A program made the translations under genes and the position numbers. Shown here piece by piece: positions 26,511 through 35,957 of a stretch of 64,000 nucleotides of DNA. Position 1 is the stretch's first letter, and the number at the start of each line of letters is the position of its first letter. The stretch covers positions 214,320 to 278,319 of the forward strand of contig LFCK01000002.1 of assembly GCA_001189095.1 (NCBI GenBank). Direction: 5' to 3'. Below the pieces are notes generated by a model. It was not told the origin of the DNA and searched no databases. It saw only the letters and a program-made list of their open reading frames with translations. The DNA is from Parcubacteria bacterium C7867-001. GTDB taxonomy: Bacteria; Patescibacteriota; Minisyncoccia; Phycocordibacterales; Phycocordibacteraceae.

Positions 26511-27386
26511 ATGAACGAAGAGAATCCCCGGCTTGCTGAGCTTGAGGCGATGATGGCGTCGCCCGATTTCTGGACCGATAAAGACAAAGCGCAGACGCTC
26601 GTACGCGAGTACCAGCTCCTCAAAGAAGGGGGTTCAGGCGATCCGCATGATGCTGGAGATGCGACACTCGCGATACTCGCTGGTGCTGGAGGCGACGACG
26701 CGGAGGACTTTGCGGCAATGTTGCGGCGTATGTACGAAGGGTACGCGGGTCGAAAAGGTTGGGGTGTTCGTGAGCTCCACACGAACGAAAATGATCATGG
26801 CGGCTATCGCAACGTGCTTCTTGAAATCACCGGCTCGGGAGTTTATGGACGCCTGAAGCATGAAGCTGGTGTGCACCGGCTTGTTCGTATCTCTCCCTTT
26901 AATGCGCAAGCGAAACGCCAGACTTCGTTCGCGCTCATTGAAATTCTGCCGAAACTTGCACCGAACGATAAAGTCGAGCTGAAGCCTGAAGACCTTGATA
27001 TACAGTTTGCGCGCTCAGGCGGCGCAGGCGGACAGAACGTGAACAAGCGCGAGACGGCGGTCCGCATCGTCCATACCCCGACTGGCATTTCCGCACATGT
27101 GACGAGCGAGCGCAGTCAGCAAGCAAACCGCGAGAAGGCGCTCGAGCTGGTGAAGGCGAAGATCTTCGCGCAGGAGGAGGCCAAGCGCGAAGCGGAAGCG
27201 AAGGGTCGCTCCATAGCCACCTCGACGGCGAACGAGTGGGGAAGTCAGCGCCGCTCTTACGTTCTTCATCCGTATAAGATGGTAAAAGACCACGATTCCG
27301 GCTGCGAAAGCGGCAATCCTGATGCGGTACTTTCCGGTGACCTTGATAATTTCATAGACGCATCCATACAAGGTGGGGTAGAATAG
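26511..27386 (+). CDS. prfB: Peptide chain release factor 2 (short form)
   Basis: [11 protein letters not shown] (SPF motif), [11 protein letters not shown] (GGQ), [13 protein letters not shown]. Confidence 0.93.
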   Translation: MNEENPRLAELEAMMASPDFWTDKDKAQTLVREYQLLKEGGSGDPHDAGDATLAILAGAGGDDAEDFAAMLRRMYEGYAGRKGWGVRELHTNENDHGGYRNVLLEITGSGVYGRLKHEAGVHRLVRISPFNAQAKRQTSFALIEILPKLAPNDKVELKPEDLDIQFARSGGAGGQNVNKRETAVRIVHTPTGISAHVTSERSQQANREKALELVKAKIFAQEEAKREAEAKGRSIATSTANEWGSQRRSYVLHPYKMVKDHDSGCESGNPDAVLSGDLDNFIDASIQGGVE

Positions 27387-27393
27387 CGAGGTT

Positions 27394-28074
27394 ATGATCT
27401 ATTTCGACAAGGTGACGAAGGAATACCGCGATGGCACTCCCGCCCTCGAAGACGTCACCCTCTCGATCTCTCCAAAAGAATTCGTTTCCATCGTCGGTCA
27501 CTCGGGTGCCGGCAAGACGACGCTCCTCAAGATGCTGCTCGCGGAAGAAAAACCAACCGACGGTTCGGTCTTTTTTGAATCAGTCGACATCCACACACTT
27601 CCAAAAAGCGCGTTACATCACTATCGCCGCAAGATAGGCACGGTCTTTCAGGATTTCCGCCTCATTCCGAACAAGACCGCGTATGAAAATATCGCTTTCG
27701 CTATGGAAGCTGCTGGACGCCCCGACGACGAAATAGAGTCCGACGTGCCGTATATCCTTGAGCTCGTAAATCTTGGGGATAAGGCACATCACTTCCCGAG
27801 TCAGCTTTCAGGTGGCGAGCAGCAGCGTGTCGCTATTGGCCGGGCCATCATCAATCAGCCGGACGTCATAGTTGCAGATGAACCGACCGGAAATCTCGAT
27901 CCGGTGAATACGTACGAAATCATCGAGATCATGAAGAAGATCAATGAGCTCGGCACGACCGTCATTCTCACGACGCATAATAAAGGTGTCGTTGACGCGA
28001 TGGGGAAGCGTGTGATCACGATGGACAAGGGCCGCGTCATCCGCGATGATCAGAACGGTCACTATATTCTCTAA
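27394..28074 (+). CDS. ftsE: Cell division ATP-binding protein FtsE
   Basis: GHSGAGKTT, VFQDFRL, LSGGEQQRV, ADEPTGNLD; upstream of ftsX. Confidence 0.93.
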   Translation: MIYFDKVTKEYRDGTPALEDVTLSISPKEFVSIVGHSGAGKTTLLKMLLAEEKPTDGSVFFESVDIHTLPKSALHHYRRKIGTVFQDFRLIPNKTAYENIAFAMEAAGRPDDEIESDVPYILELVNLGDKAHHFPSQLSGGEQQRVAIGRAIINQPDVIVADEPTGNLDPVNTYEIIEIMKKINELGTTVILTTHNKGVVDAMGKRVITMDKGRVIRDDQNGHYIL

Positions 28075-28078
28075 TCCT

Positions 28079-29002
28079 ATGATGCTCACTTTCCGAAGAA
28101 TCCTTGAGAACGGCGCGAAGAACTTTTACCGCGGAGGCGCGGTCTCGTTCGCGACCGTGCTCATCATGACGGTGACGCTCATCATCATCGGCTCGCTCCT
28201 CTTCCTCTCAGCCATACTTTCGAATACGCTCGCAAGCATTCAGGACAAAGTGGATGTGAACGTCTACTTCGTGACGAGTGCGTCGGAGAACGACATCATG
28301 GGGGTGAAGAACAAGCTTGAGCAGCTGCCGGAAGTGAAGTCTGTTGAGTACACCTCGAGAGATCAGGCACTCGCTGAATTTCGCGAACGCCACTCAAATG
28401 ACCAGCTCACGCTTCAGGCTCTCGACGAGCTCGGTACTAATCCGCTCGGCGCCTCGCTCGCTATCAAGGCGAAGAATCCTTCGCAGTATGAGGGCATCGT
28501 ACAGTTCCTTTCGGATGAACCAGCGCTCTCCGTGGGTGGTTCTTCCATCATCGATCGCATCAACTACTACCAGAACAAGACCGTCATCGATCGGCTCACC
28601 AACGCACTCCGAACCACCGAGCAGGCAGGGCTCGTCATCGTTCTTCTCTTTGCAATAGCTTCGATTGTGATAGTCCTCGCCTCAATGCGCCTCGCTATTT
28701 ACACCGCACGCGACGAAATCGGCGTCATGCGTCTCATGGGAGCCTCAAATATGTATATTCGCGGTCCCTTCATCGTCGCTGCTATGATCTCCGGACTTCT
28801 TGCAGCCATCATCACCCTCGTCCTTTTCTATCCGGTCGCATGGTATGTCGGTAGTTCCTTCTCGGGCTGGCTCGGTGGGTTCAATCTCTTCGACTACTAC
28901 ATCTCGCATTTCCCACTCGTGTTCCTTATCATCGTCGGCTCAGGCATCCTGCTCGGTGCCGTTGCAAGCTTCGTGGCGGTGCGTCGCTATCTCAAGATCT
29001 AA
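28079..29002 (+). CDS. ftsX: Cell division permease FtsX
   Basis: TM-periplasmic loop-3TM; RDEIGVMRLMGAS.MYIRGPF. Confidence 0.9.
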   Translation: MMLTFRRILENGAKNFYRGGAVSFATVLIMTVTLIIIGSLLFLSAILSNTLASIQDKVDVNVYFVTSASENDIMGVKNKLEQLPEVKSVEYTSRDQALAEFRERHSNDQLTLQALDELGTNPLGASLAIKAKNPSQYEGIVQFLSDEPALSVGGSSIIDRINYYQNKTVIDRLTNALRTTEQAGLVIVLLFAIASIVIVLASMRLAIYTARDEIGVMRLMGASNMYIRGPFIVAAMISGLLAAIITLVLFYPVAWYVGSSFSGWLGGFNLFDYYISHFPLVFLIIVGSGILLGAVASFVAVRRYLKI

Positions 29003-29005
29003 GGT

Positions 29006-30652
29006 ATGGCCACGAAAGGACACAAATACATCTTCGTCATCGGCGGGGTGATGAGCGGCGTTGGGAAAGGAATTGCCGTGTCGTCGATTGGCCTTGTATT
29101 GAAGCAGCGCGGCTATGAAGTGAATCTTGTAAAGATTGACCCGTATCTCAACGTTGATGCGGGCACGATGAATCCGACCGAGCACGGAGAAGTGTTCATT
29201 TTGCGTTCGGGTCTTGAAACAGATCAGGACATGGGCAACTACGAACGCTTCCTCGGGCGTGATTTGGGTCCAGAGGACTACATGACAAGCGGCATGGTGT
29301 ATCAGACGGTGATTAATCGCGAGCGAGCGCTCGAATACGGTGGGAAATGTGTCGAAGCCGTGCCGCACGTGCGGGATGAAATCTTGCGTCGCATCGAAGC
29401 TGCCGCAGCGCACAACGGTAGTCAGATCTCCGTCATCGAAATCGGTGGCACGGTCGGCGACTTCCAGAACGCACTCTTCATAGACGCAGCTCGCGTCATG
29501 AAGCTCACGCAGCCGGACGATGTCGCTTTTGTGATGGTTTCCTACCTTCCGGTGCCAAACACAATTGGGGAAATGAAGACGAAGCCAACGCAGAGCGCTG
29601 TTCGCGAACTCAATTCCTACGGCGTGCAGCCGGATTTCATCCTCGCGCGCGCTAACCATCCTATTGACGACAAGCGTAAGGAAAAGCTGGCTATCTCCTG
29701 CAACGTACGCGCCGATCGTATTATTTCAGCACCCGATGTCCGCAGTATTTATGATGTGCCGCTTAATTTCGAAAAGGACCACCTGGGCGATAAGCTCCTT
29801 GATGCGCTTAGTCTCTCGAAAGAGAAGGAGGCTGATTTCACCGATTGGCAGAAATTTGTGGACGCAACGCATGCGGAGAATCCAGAAGTGAAGATAGGTA
29901 TCGTTGGTAAATATTTTGATACGGGCGATTACGTTCTCTCAGATGCGTATCTTTCGGTCATTGAGGCAATAAAGTTTTCAGCTGCGGAAGTGGGAGTGAA
30001 AACGAAAATCGATTGGGTGAATGCGAAGGAGTTCCAGAGCGGTGAGAATGTCGAGAAGCTCGCTCAGTACGACGGCATTATCGTGCCGGGCGGCTTCGGT
30101 GAGACGGGCATCGAAGGCAAGATACACGCGATTAAATATGCACGTGAGAATAAGATTCCGTACTTCGGACTTTGCTACGGCATGCAGCTTGCGGTCATCG
30201 AAGTGGCGCGTCACAAGCTGGGTATTGAGGGTGCGCACACTGTCGAGATAAATCCGACAGCGACGCACCCGATTGTCGACGTCATGCCTGAGCAGAAGGA
30301 TCTCATTGCGCAGGGAAACTACGGTGGCACCATGCGTCTTGGGGTGTATCCGGCACAGCTCAAGGAGGGGACTATTGCGCACGAAGCGTATGGTGCAGAT
30401 AGTGTCGAGGAGCGTCACCGCCACCGCTACGAAATAAACCCCGAATACATCGAGCAGCTTTCAACAGCAATAACGTTTTCAGGAACCTCGCCAGACGGCG
30501 TGCTTATGGAAATTGCCGAACTTCCGAAAGGCGAGCATCCATTCTTCCTCGGTACCCAATTCCATCCAGAGCTCCAGGCGCGCCCTCTTTCGCCACACCC
30601 GCTCTTCACGGCGTTCTTGACGGCATCAAAAAAACGAAGCGGTATAAAGTAA
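29006..30652 (+). CDS. pyrG: CTP synthase
   Basis: GGVMSGVGKG, KIDPYLNVDAGTM, KTKPTQ, PGGFG, GLCYGMQ, ERHRHRYE, QFHPE. Confidence 0.97.
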   Translation: MATKGHKYIFVIGGVMSGVGKGIAVSSIGLVLKQRGYEVNLVKIDPYLNVDAGTMNPTEHGEVFILRSGLETDQDMGNYERFLGRDLGPEDYMTSGMVYQTVINRERALEYGGKCVEAVPHVRDEILRRIEAAAAHNGSQISVIEIGGTVGDFQNALFIDAARVMKLTQPDDVAFVMVSYLPVPNTIGEMKTKPTQSAVRELNSYGVQPDFILARANHPIDDKRKEKLAISCNVRADRIISAPDVRSIYDVPLNFEKDHLGDKLLDALSLSKEKEADFTDWQKFVDATHAENPEVKIGIVGKYFDTGDYVLSDAYLSVIEAIKFSAAEVGVKTKIDWVNAKEFQSGENVEKLAQYDGIIVPGGFGETGIEGKIHAIKYARENKIPYFGLCYGMQLAVIEVARHKLGIEGAHTVEINPTATHPIVDVMPEQKDLIAQGNYGGTMRLGVYPAQLKEGTIAHEAYGADSVEERHRHRYEINPEYIEQLSTAITFSGTSPDGVLMEIAELPKGEHPFFLGTQFHPELQARPLSPHPLFTAFLTASKKRSGIK

Positions 30653-30737
30653 TTAACGGTGCATCCGATGTTAGTGCGTAAGAGGGGTATACTTGAAACG
30701 TCTTTACAAACGGCGAAAGCCATTAGCCATACCAACC

Positions 30738-30998
30738 ATGTCTACTACCGGAAAGATCATTGTCGCGATTATCATCATTGCGCTTATCGGTCTCGGGATC
30801 TATTACTGGACGACGAACGGTGCGAAAGCTCCTTCGGATAGCTCGCAGGCAACGCAGACGTCGGAAACAAGTCCGAAAGACGCGACTGACGACGCACTTC
30901 TCAAGGATAGTGCTGCTATCGACCTCCAGATCAACGGATTCGCGTCCGATAATGCGGCAGTGGAATCAGGGCTCAATGATCAGCCGATATCTCAATAA
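30738..30998 (+). CDS. Small membrane-anchored hypothetical protein
   Basis: N-terminal TM, then S/T/D-rich tail. Confidence 0.7.
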   Translation: MSTTGKIIVAIIIIALIGLGIYYWTTNGAKAPSDSSQATQTSETSPKDATDDALLKDSAAIDLQINGFASDNAAVESGLNDQPISQ

Positions 30999-31020
30999 TT
31001 TATTCGTCTAACAACTATCT

Positions 31021-31851
31021 ATGAAACTACAAGCACTTGCTTCAGGAGGACTCGGGCTCATGATCGCACTCATGCCGCTTGCGGCGTCTGCGAACGAGGG
31101 ACGTGATGACGGACTCCGTTTCGGTCTCTCAGCATCGACGAGCGTCCGCGTTGGGCACGAGGAAGATCGTGCTGAACGGAAGGCGGAGCATCAGGGAAAG
31201 ATCGAGGATAAGGCGCATGAGCGCGCAGGGAAGGAAATAGAGCGTCGCCTCGAAGGGCTCAATAAGCTGATCGAGCGCATCACGAATGCAAAGCGTATCG
31301 ACGGTGACGATAAGGCTACTCTCTCGGCAACGCTCACTGCTCAGATTAATGCGCTCACGGCGCTTAAGGCGAAGATAGACGCAGACACCTCAACTACGAC
31401 CCTCAAGGAGGATGTACAGTCCATCACGAAGTCGTATCGTATCTTTGCGCTCGTCATGCCACAGGCATCCATCACTGCCTCGGCTGACCGCGTGAAGTAT
31501 GTCGCTGATCAGCTCTCAACGCTTTCGGCAAAGCTGAAGACCCGCCTCGATGCGCTTACCGCTGGTGGCACCGACGTCTCAGCTTCAGTCACGCTTCTCG
31601 CTGACATGAACGCAAAGATTGCGAGCGCTAAGGTACAGGCGCAAGCTGCTATCGATGGCATTGTGAATTTGAAGCCGGACAACGGCGACAAGACCGTCAT
31701 GGAATCAAATCTTGCTGCGCTCAAAGCAGCGCGTGAAAAGGTTCGTGCTGCACAGGCCGACCTCAAGACCGCGCGCGAAGACGCACGCAAGATCATGATC
31801 AACATCAAGGGAAAGGGTGAAGTGCACGCAAGCACCACTACCTCTATCTAG
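31021..31851 (+). CDS. Secreted alpha-helical coiled-coil protein
   Basis: Signal peptide ending ASA; A/K/T-rich helices. Confidence 0.8.
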   Translation: MKLQALASGGLGLMIALMPLAASANEGRDDGLRFGLSASTSVRVGHEEDRAERKAEHQGKIEDKAHERAGKEIERRLEGLNKLIERITNAKRIDGDDKATLSATLTAQINALTALKAKIDADTSTTTLKEDVQSITKSYRIFALVMPQASITASADRVKYVADQLSTLSAKLKTRLDALTAGGTDVSASVTLLADMNAKIASAKVQAQAAIDGIVNLKPDNGDKTVMESNLAALKAAREKVRAAQADLKTAREDARKIMINIKGKGEVHASTTTSI

Positions 31852-31952
31852 TTCTTCCTAACGGCAAACCCCCGATCGCTCTGCGATCGGGGGTTTGCTA
31901 TTTGACTCAGGAAGGAGTTAACTAATCCTAGGTAGAACGATAGGAGGCAATC

Positions 31953-32303
31953 ATGCCCTATCAATTTCAGGTGAAGTTCGTTAACTCGCGTGGGGTGATG
32001 CGGTTCTGTAATTGGCCGGTCAACCGTACGGATGGCCAGCTTGAGTGGCGCATGCATAACTACGCTACGATCATAGCTCAAATCGAGGGAGGCCTTGATT
32101 TTGAGGGAACCAAAGCGGTTCTCATGCACTTCGGTCTCTGGTCCGAAGATAAGGAGTATCCGGCGGATGAACTCAGGTTCCTCTCGCCGCATACGCTTCT
32201 GCGTGCGCGGCGACTCCTTGAACGGAGACGCCCGCGTTTGATGGCGCTTCGGCCCATCAACCATCTGACGAACCAGTACCTGTCCGAACCAGAGTCACTC
32301 TGA
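31953..32303 (+). CDS. Hypothetical protein
   Basis: SD AGGAGG; followed by a bidirectional hairpin at ~32308-32337. Confidence 0.55.
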   Translation: MPYQFQVKFVNSRGVMRFCNWPVNRTDGQLEWRMHNYATIIAQIEGGLDFEGTKAVLMHFGLWSEDKEYPADELRFLSPHTLLRARRLLERRRPRLMALRPINHLTNQYLSEPESL

Positions 32304-32346
32304 ACGGAAAAAGGCGCGCCACAGGCGCGCCTTTTTGTTTCCATTT

Positions 32347-32568
32347 TTAGAGGTTCGAAATCTCCTTAAGATTCCGGTTCGGGAGGTAGAGGATGATGAA
32401 TCCGATGATGATGCCGACCAGCGCCGACCCCCAGTGTATGCCGCCGAGGAACGTATGATCGAATAAATCGAGCAGCACCCATATGCCGCGCCAGATAATA
32501 ACGATTCCGAATACGATACCTGCGTTATGAGCAAAGTATCCGAGGGAAAGGGTTGAATTCTTTTTCAT
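32347..32568 (-). CDS. Small two-TM hypothetical protein
   Basis: IWRGIWVLLD motif; TACAAT 6 nt upstream of ATG. Confidence 0.7.
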   Translation of the reverse strand: MKKNSTLSLGYFAHNAGIVFGIVIIWRGIWVLLDLFDHTFLGGIHWGSALVGIIIGFIILYLPNRNLKEISNL

Positions 32569-32591
32569 GTTCCTATTGTACGGCACGTTGG

Positions 32592-32620
32592 TTGAAAAAC
32601 CCTCCTTTTTCCGGTATCGT
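32592..32620 (+). promoter_or_regulatory. Promoter for the tRNA-Gln locus
   Basis: TTGAAA-17nt-TATCGT. Confidence 0.55.
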
Positions 32621-32657
32621 GCGTCAATCGCGGGCCCGCGCCCGCTTTGTGCTACAT

Positions 32658-32874
32658 TGCCAGATCGTCTAATGGTAAGTGGAAACTTGCTATCGGCGCT
32701 CGCTCGGAAGTGTTCTGTGCTGCGGAATCGTCTAATGGTAGGACGCATCCCTCTGGAGGATGTTATCTAGGTTCGAGTCCTAGTTCCGCAGCACAGCACA
32801 TTTCACTCACTCGCTTGATAGTAGGACGCATCCCTCTGGAGGATGTTATCTAGGTTCGAGTCCTAGTCTGGCAG
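32658..32874 (+). tRNA. Interrupted (outer) tRNA-Gln(CTG): 5' part 32658-32677, 3' part 32824-32874; intron-containing or pseudogene
   Basis: Acceptor TGCCAGA pairs with TCTGGCA; joining the halves gives a full cloverleaf; 146-nt insert in the D-loop. Confidence 0.6.
32721..32791 (+). tRNA. tRNA-Gln (CTG), intact inner copy, CCA not encoded
   Basis: Acceptor TGCGGAA/TTCCGCA (U1-A72), anticodon arm CATCC-CTCTGGA-GGATG, GTTCGAGTC. Confidence 0.93.
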
Positions 32875-32899
32875 CAAAACGCATATACGAAAACCCCGG

Positions 32900-33388
32900 C
32901 TATTGCCGGGGTGGAGTTTCGTTGTTCGGAAATTGAACTACATTTGTATCGTCATATTGTGAGAGATCAAGACGCAGCTCGTACCGAACTTCAAGTTTTA
33001 TACGAAGAGCATCGCGTTCTTCACGAATCTTAGGAATACGTTCTTCGAGAAGCGGTTGGACGCCGAGCCTGATAATGTCGGCTCTAGCACAAAGAGCATC
33101 TCCTCCAGGCATCTTATAAATACCCGGAGCACTTTCTCCTGAAACATATCGCCGGATGGTGTACGGTGTCGTGTTGCAGAGTTCAGCGATTACGTTTGAG
33201 TCGAGCTCACAGTGATGAACTGCTGCATGCATGATCATGGTGAACGCCAAACGGTTTTCGTTGAAAGAAAGATCCCTCTTCGTGATGAGTGTGAGCAGAT
33301 CTTCTTGCTTCATGAGAAGTCGACTGAGCTTTCCCAGCAGAAGCATGTCAGGGTCGTTTTCTGCCCCGACAGATTTTTCATCAGACAT
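32900..33388 (-). CDS. Hypothetical protein with XRE-like HTH
   Basis: IAELCNTTPYTIRRYVSGESAP; start codon uncertain. Confidence 0.55.
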   Translation of the reverse strand: MSDEKSVGAENDPDMLLLGKLSRLLMKQEDLLTLITKRDLSFNENRLAFTMIMHAAVHHCELDSNVIAELCNTTPYTIRRYVSGESAPGIYKMPGGDALCARADIIRLGVQPLLEERIPKIREERDALRIKLEVRYELRLDLSQYDDTNVVQFPNNETPPRQ

Positions 33389-33537
33389 TGGTTTATCTCC
33401 AAAGTTCGAGTTTCTACTGAAGAGGGTATGTATAAGCGCATTGGACGTCAAGGAAGGTTCCAACATCGTCCCAGACAGCCAGCCAAGATAGAGTACGAAA
33501 GTAGCGTTTCTGGCGGGCGTTTTGGTAAGATACTTCC

Positions 33538-34158
33538 ATGAGAAACATCATCACCATGACGTTTGTAAGCATGGATGGCGTCATGCAGGCGCCGGGCGGC
33601 TCGAAGGAAGATACTGCAGAAGGTTTTAAGTACGGCGGTTGGCAGTTTGGTCGCGACTATGATGATCCGATTACAGATGCGCTACTGAAGGAGTTCTTCA
33701 CGACCCCGTTCGAACTCCTTCTCGGAAAGGTTACGTACGACATTTTTGCTGCCTACTGGCCGAATCATCCGGAAATCGAATTGGTAGCTACTCCGTTTAA
33801 CGCGACGAAAAAATATGTTGTCTCCGATGTTCCGATGGAACTTCTATGGAATAACTCCGAACTTATCACTGGTGACGATGTCGTGGAGAAAATCAAGAAA
33901 CTAAAAGAAATGGACGGTCCCGATTTGTGGGTGTGGGGGAGCGGCAAGCTTATCCAGACTCTGCTCATGAACGATCTCGTTGATCGTATGCACGTGTGGA
34001 CACATCCGGTAACGATAGGTACTGGAAAGAAGCTATTCGCTGAAGGCACGCAGCCGCGTAACTTCACAATGACTGACGCGAAAGTTACCAAAACGGGCGT
34101 CATTGTTGCCACGTACGAGCCGGCTGGTGTTCTTACGACTGGTGAGGCACCAACGTAA
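33538..34158 (+). CDS. Dihydrofolate reductase family protein (RibD C-terminal domain)
   Basis: FVSMDGVMQAPG, LLGKVTY, WGSGKL, PVTIGTGKKLF. Confidence 0.9.
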   Translation: MRNIITMTFVSMDGVMQAPGGSKEDTAEGFKYGGWQFGRDYDDPITDALLKEFFTTPFELLLGKVTYDIFAAYWPNHPEIELVATPFNATKKYVVSDVPMELLWNNSELITGDDVVEKIKKLKEMDGPDLWVWGSGKLIQTLLMNDLVDRMHVWTHPVTIGTGKKLFAEGTQPRNFTMTDAKVTKTGVIVATYEPAGVLTTGEAPT

Positions 34159-34261
34159 AAGAGCGACGAACCTTGCAGAATAGTTCTAACCTCGTTCAGT
34201 TCCCGCAGCTCAAGGTGTACGGTTTCAAATGCACAACAAACGCTCGTGATACTCTAAACTC

Positions 34262-34372
34262 ATGGTACGAAAAGTACTTATCTTTCTAGCTGTATTTGCT
34301 GCAGGTCTAATCGTCGGCGCATTTATTGAGGATCAGTATCGTTGCTGGACTGGGGTGCCTAATTGCGATTAG
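34262..34372 (+). CDS. Candidate 36-aa single-TM small protein
   Basis: MVRKVLIFLAVFAAGLIVGAFIEDQYRCWTGVPNCD; below the ORF-track cutoff. Confidence 0.45.
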   Translation: MVRKVLIFLAVFAAGLIVGAFIEDQYRCWTGVPNCD

Positions 34373-34413
34373 TCAGAGGTCCAACGTTTCTCTAGACATC
34401 AAGTAACCTATCT

Positions 34414-34845
34414 ATGCCCGAACTCAAAACTCAACTCACCAAAGCAAGTGTTACGAAATTCCTCAGCTCAATCAAAGACGAGCAGAAGCGCAAAGATTGC
34501 GTTGCCATCTGCAAAATGATGGAGAAGGCGACCAAGTGGAAGCCGGAGATGTGGGGTGCTTCCATCGTCGGTTTCGGCCGCAGGAAATACAAATACGCCA
34601 GCGGCAAAGAAGGTGAGTGGATGGTCATCGGTTTTGCGCCGCGAGCCCAAAACATCGCGCTCTACGGCCTCATCGTTTTCACCATGAAATATGGAAAGTT
34701 GAAGAAAGGAGAAAATGATTTCCTCTTGAAGCTGGGTAAGTACAAAGAAGGGGGAGGATGCCTCTATATCAACAAGCTTTCAGATATCGATACGAAACAG
34801 CTCGAGAAAATAATCAAACTCGCCGCAGTGCGTAAGGTACACTGA
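34414..34845 (+). CDS. DUF1801 (YdhG-like) domain protein
   Basis: MWGASIVGFG..KYKYASG..GEW..GFAPR...LGKYK.G.GCLYI. Confidence 0.88.
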   Translation: MPELKTQLTKASVTKFLSSIKDEQKRKDCVAICKMMEKATKWKPEMWGASIVGFGRRKYKYASGKEGEWMVIGFAPRAQNIALYGLIVFTMKYGKLKKGENDFLLKLGKYKEGGGCLYINKLSDIDTKQLEKIIKLAAVRKVH

Positions 34846-34849
34846 ATGC

Positions 34850-35428
34850 ATGAAAAAGATCCTTGTCGGAATACTGCTTCTTGCAGTCATTCTCGTGGCA
34901 GCGTTCTACGCGTTCAACTCCTATATCTATAACGAGAAGCAGGCTCCCGTAGCAAAGGAGTATACCGATGCGGCATACCGGATTGATGGCGTTTCGGTGC
35001 AACTTACAGATGGGTTTGCTGAAGTCGAGGCTGCGCCGGGATCTGCTTCGAAGATCACTACGCGCTATTTCGGGAACGAGTACAGGACTGACGTGAATGA
35101 GGATGGACGCGAGGATGTTGTTTTCTTGCTTACCCAAGAGACAGGGGGAAGCGGAGTCTTTTTCTATGTCGTTGCAGCCCTCAATACCGAACGAGGGTAT
35201 ATCGGTTCCGATGGCTACCTGCTAGGAGATAGAATCGCTCCACAACCGATAGGAATGAGCCCTAATCCACGGCACAAAAATGTGATTGTCGCGAACTATG
35301 CAGATCGCGCGGCAGGTGAGCCGATGACCACTCAGCCCTCCATCGGCAAAAGTGTCTATCTGAAACTCGATCCAGCAAGCATGCAGTGGGGAATTGTTGA
35401 ACCAGATTTTGAAGGAGAATCCCGCTAG
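34850..35428 (+). CDS. Hypothetical exported protein
   Basis: N-terminal TM; DVNEDGREDV, GGSGVFFY, LGDRIAPQ. Confidence 0.8.
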   Translation: MKKILVGILLLAVILVAAFYAFNSYIYNEKQAPVAKEYTDAAYRIDGVSVQLTDGFAEVEAAPGSASKITTRYFGNEYRTDVNEDGREDVVFLLTQETGGSGVFFYVVAALNTERGYIGSDGYLLGDRIAPQPIGMSPNPRHKNVIVANYADRAAGEPMTTQPSIGKSVYLKLDPASMQWGIVEPDFEGESR

Positions 35429-35539
35429 GTTCAGAAGGATGTCTCAGTGTCATTCCTGCTCGTAGGAAGCGTCGGTCCGCGGCTATTGTCTTTATTTTGA
35501 CATTATGTTATAATCAAACCTACAATAACTTACTATCTC

Positions 35540-35953
35540 ATGCCTGATTACTCGAAGCCCCGTTTTCCAAAAAAGCCCTTTAACCGCGGAGGTTCTGATC
35601 GCTTCCCGAGCGATCGGCAAATGCACAAAGCGAACTGCAGCAACTGCGGTAATGCCTGTGAAGTGCCGTTCCGCCCGAACGGCAAGAAGCCTATTTTCTG
35701 CAGCAATTGCTTCGTGAAGGACGATGCTCCTCGCTCGACCTTCGCTCCGAAGCGTGACTTCGCGCCGCGCCCTTCCTTCAACGCAGCGCCTGCTCGCGAT
35801 GATCGCGGCATGCAGGAATTGAAGCGAGAGATGCAGGGCATCAACGAGAAGCTCTCGCGCATGCTTTCTCTTATGGAAGTGGCGCAAGCGCCCGTCGCAG
35901 CAAAGGCGCCAGCGCGAAAGAAAGTTGCTAAGAAAGCAGCGAAGAAAAAGTAA
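35540..35953 (+). CDS. CxxC-x17-CxxC zinc-binding protein with basic tail
   Basis: ANCSNCGNACEVPFRPNGKKPIFCSNCF; KKVAKKAAKKK. Confidence 0.9.
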   Translation: MPDYSKPRFPKKPFNRGGSDRFPSDRQMHKANCSNCGNACEVPFRPNGKKPIFCSNCFVKDDAPRSTFAPKRDFAPRPSFNAAPARDDRGMQELKREMQGINEKLSRMLSLMEVAQAPVAAKAPARKKVAKKAAKKK

Positions 35954-35957
35954 GCCC

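Noticed and set aside
32678-32823. Insert in tRNA-Gln as a group I/II intron or canonical archaeal BHB intron
   Set aside because: Too short once the inner tRNA is subtracted, no recognisable catalytic core, and I could not draw a clean bulge-helix-bulge at the junctions.
32567-32853. Two short ORFs both ending VGRIPLEDVI
   Set aside because: Translation artefacts of the duplicated tRNA-Gln sequence.
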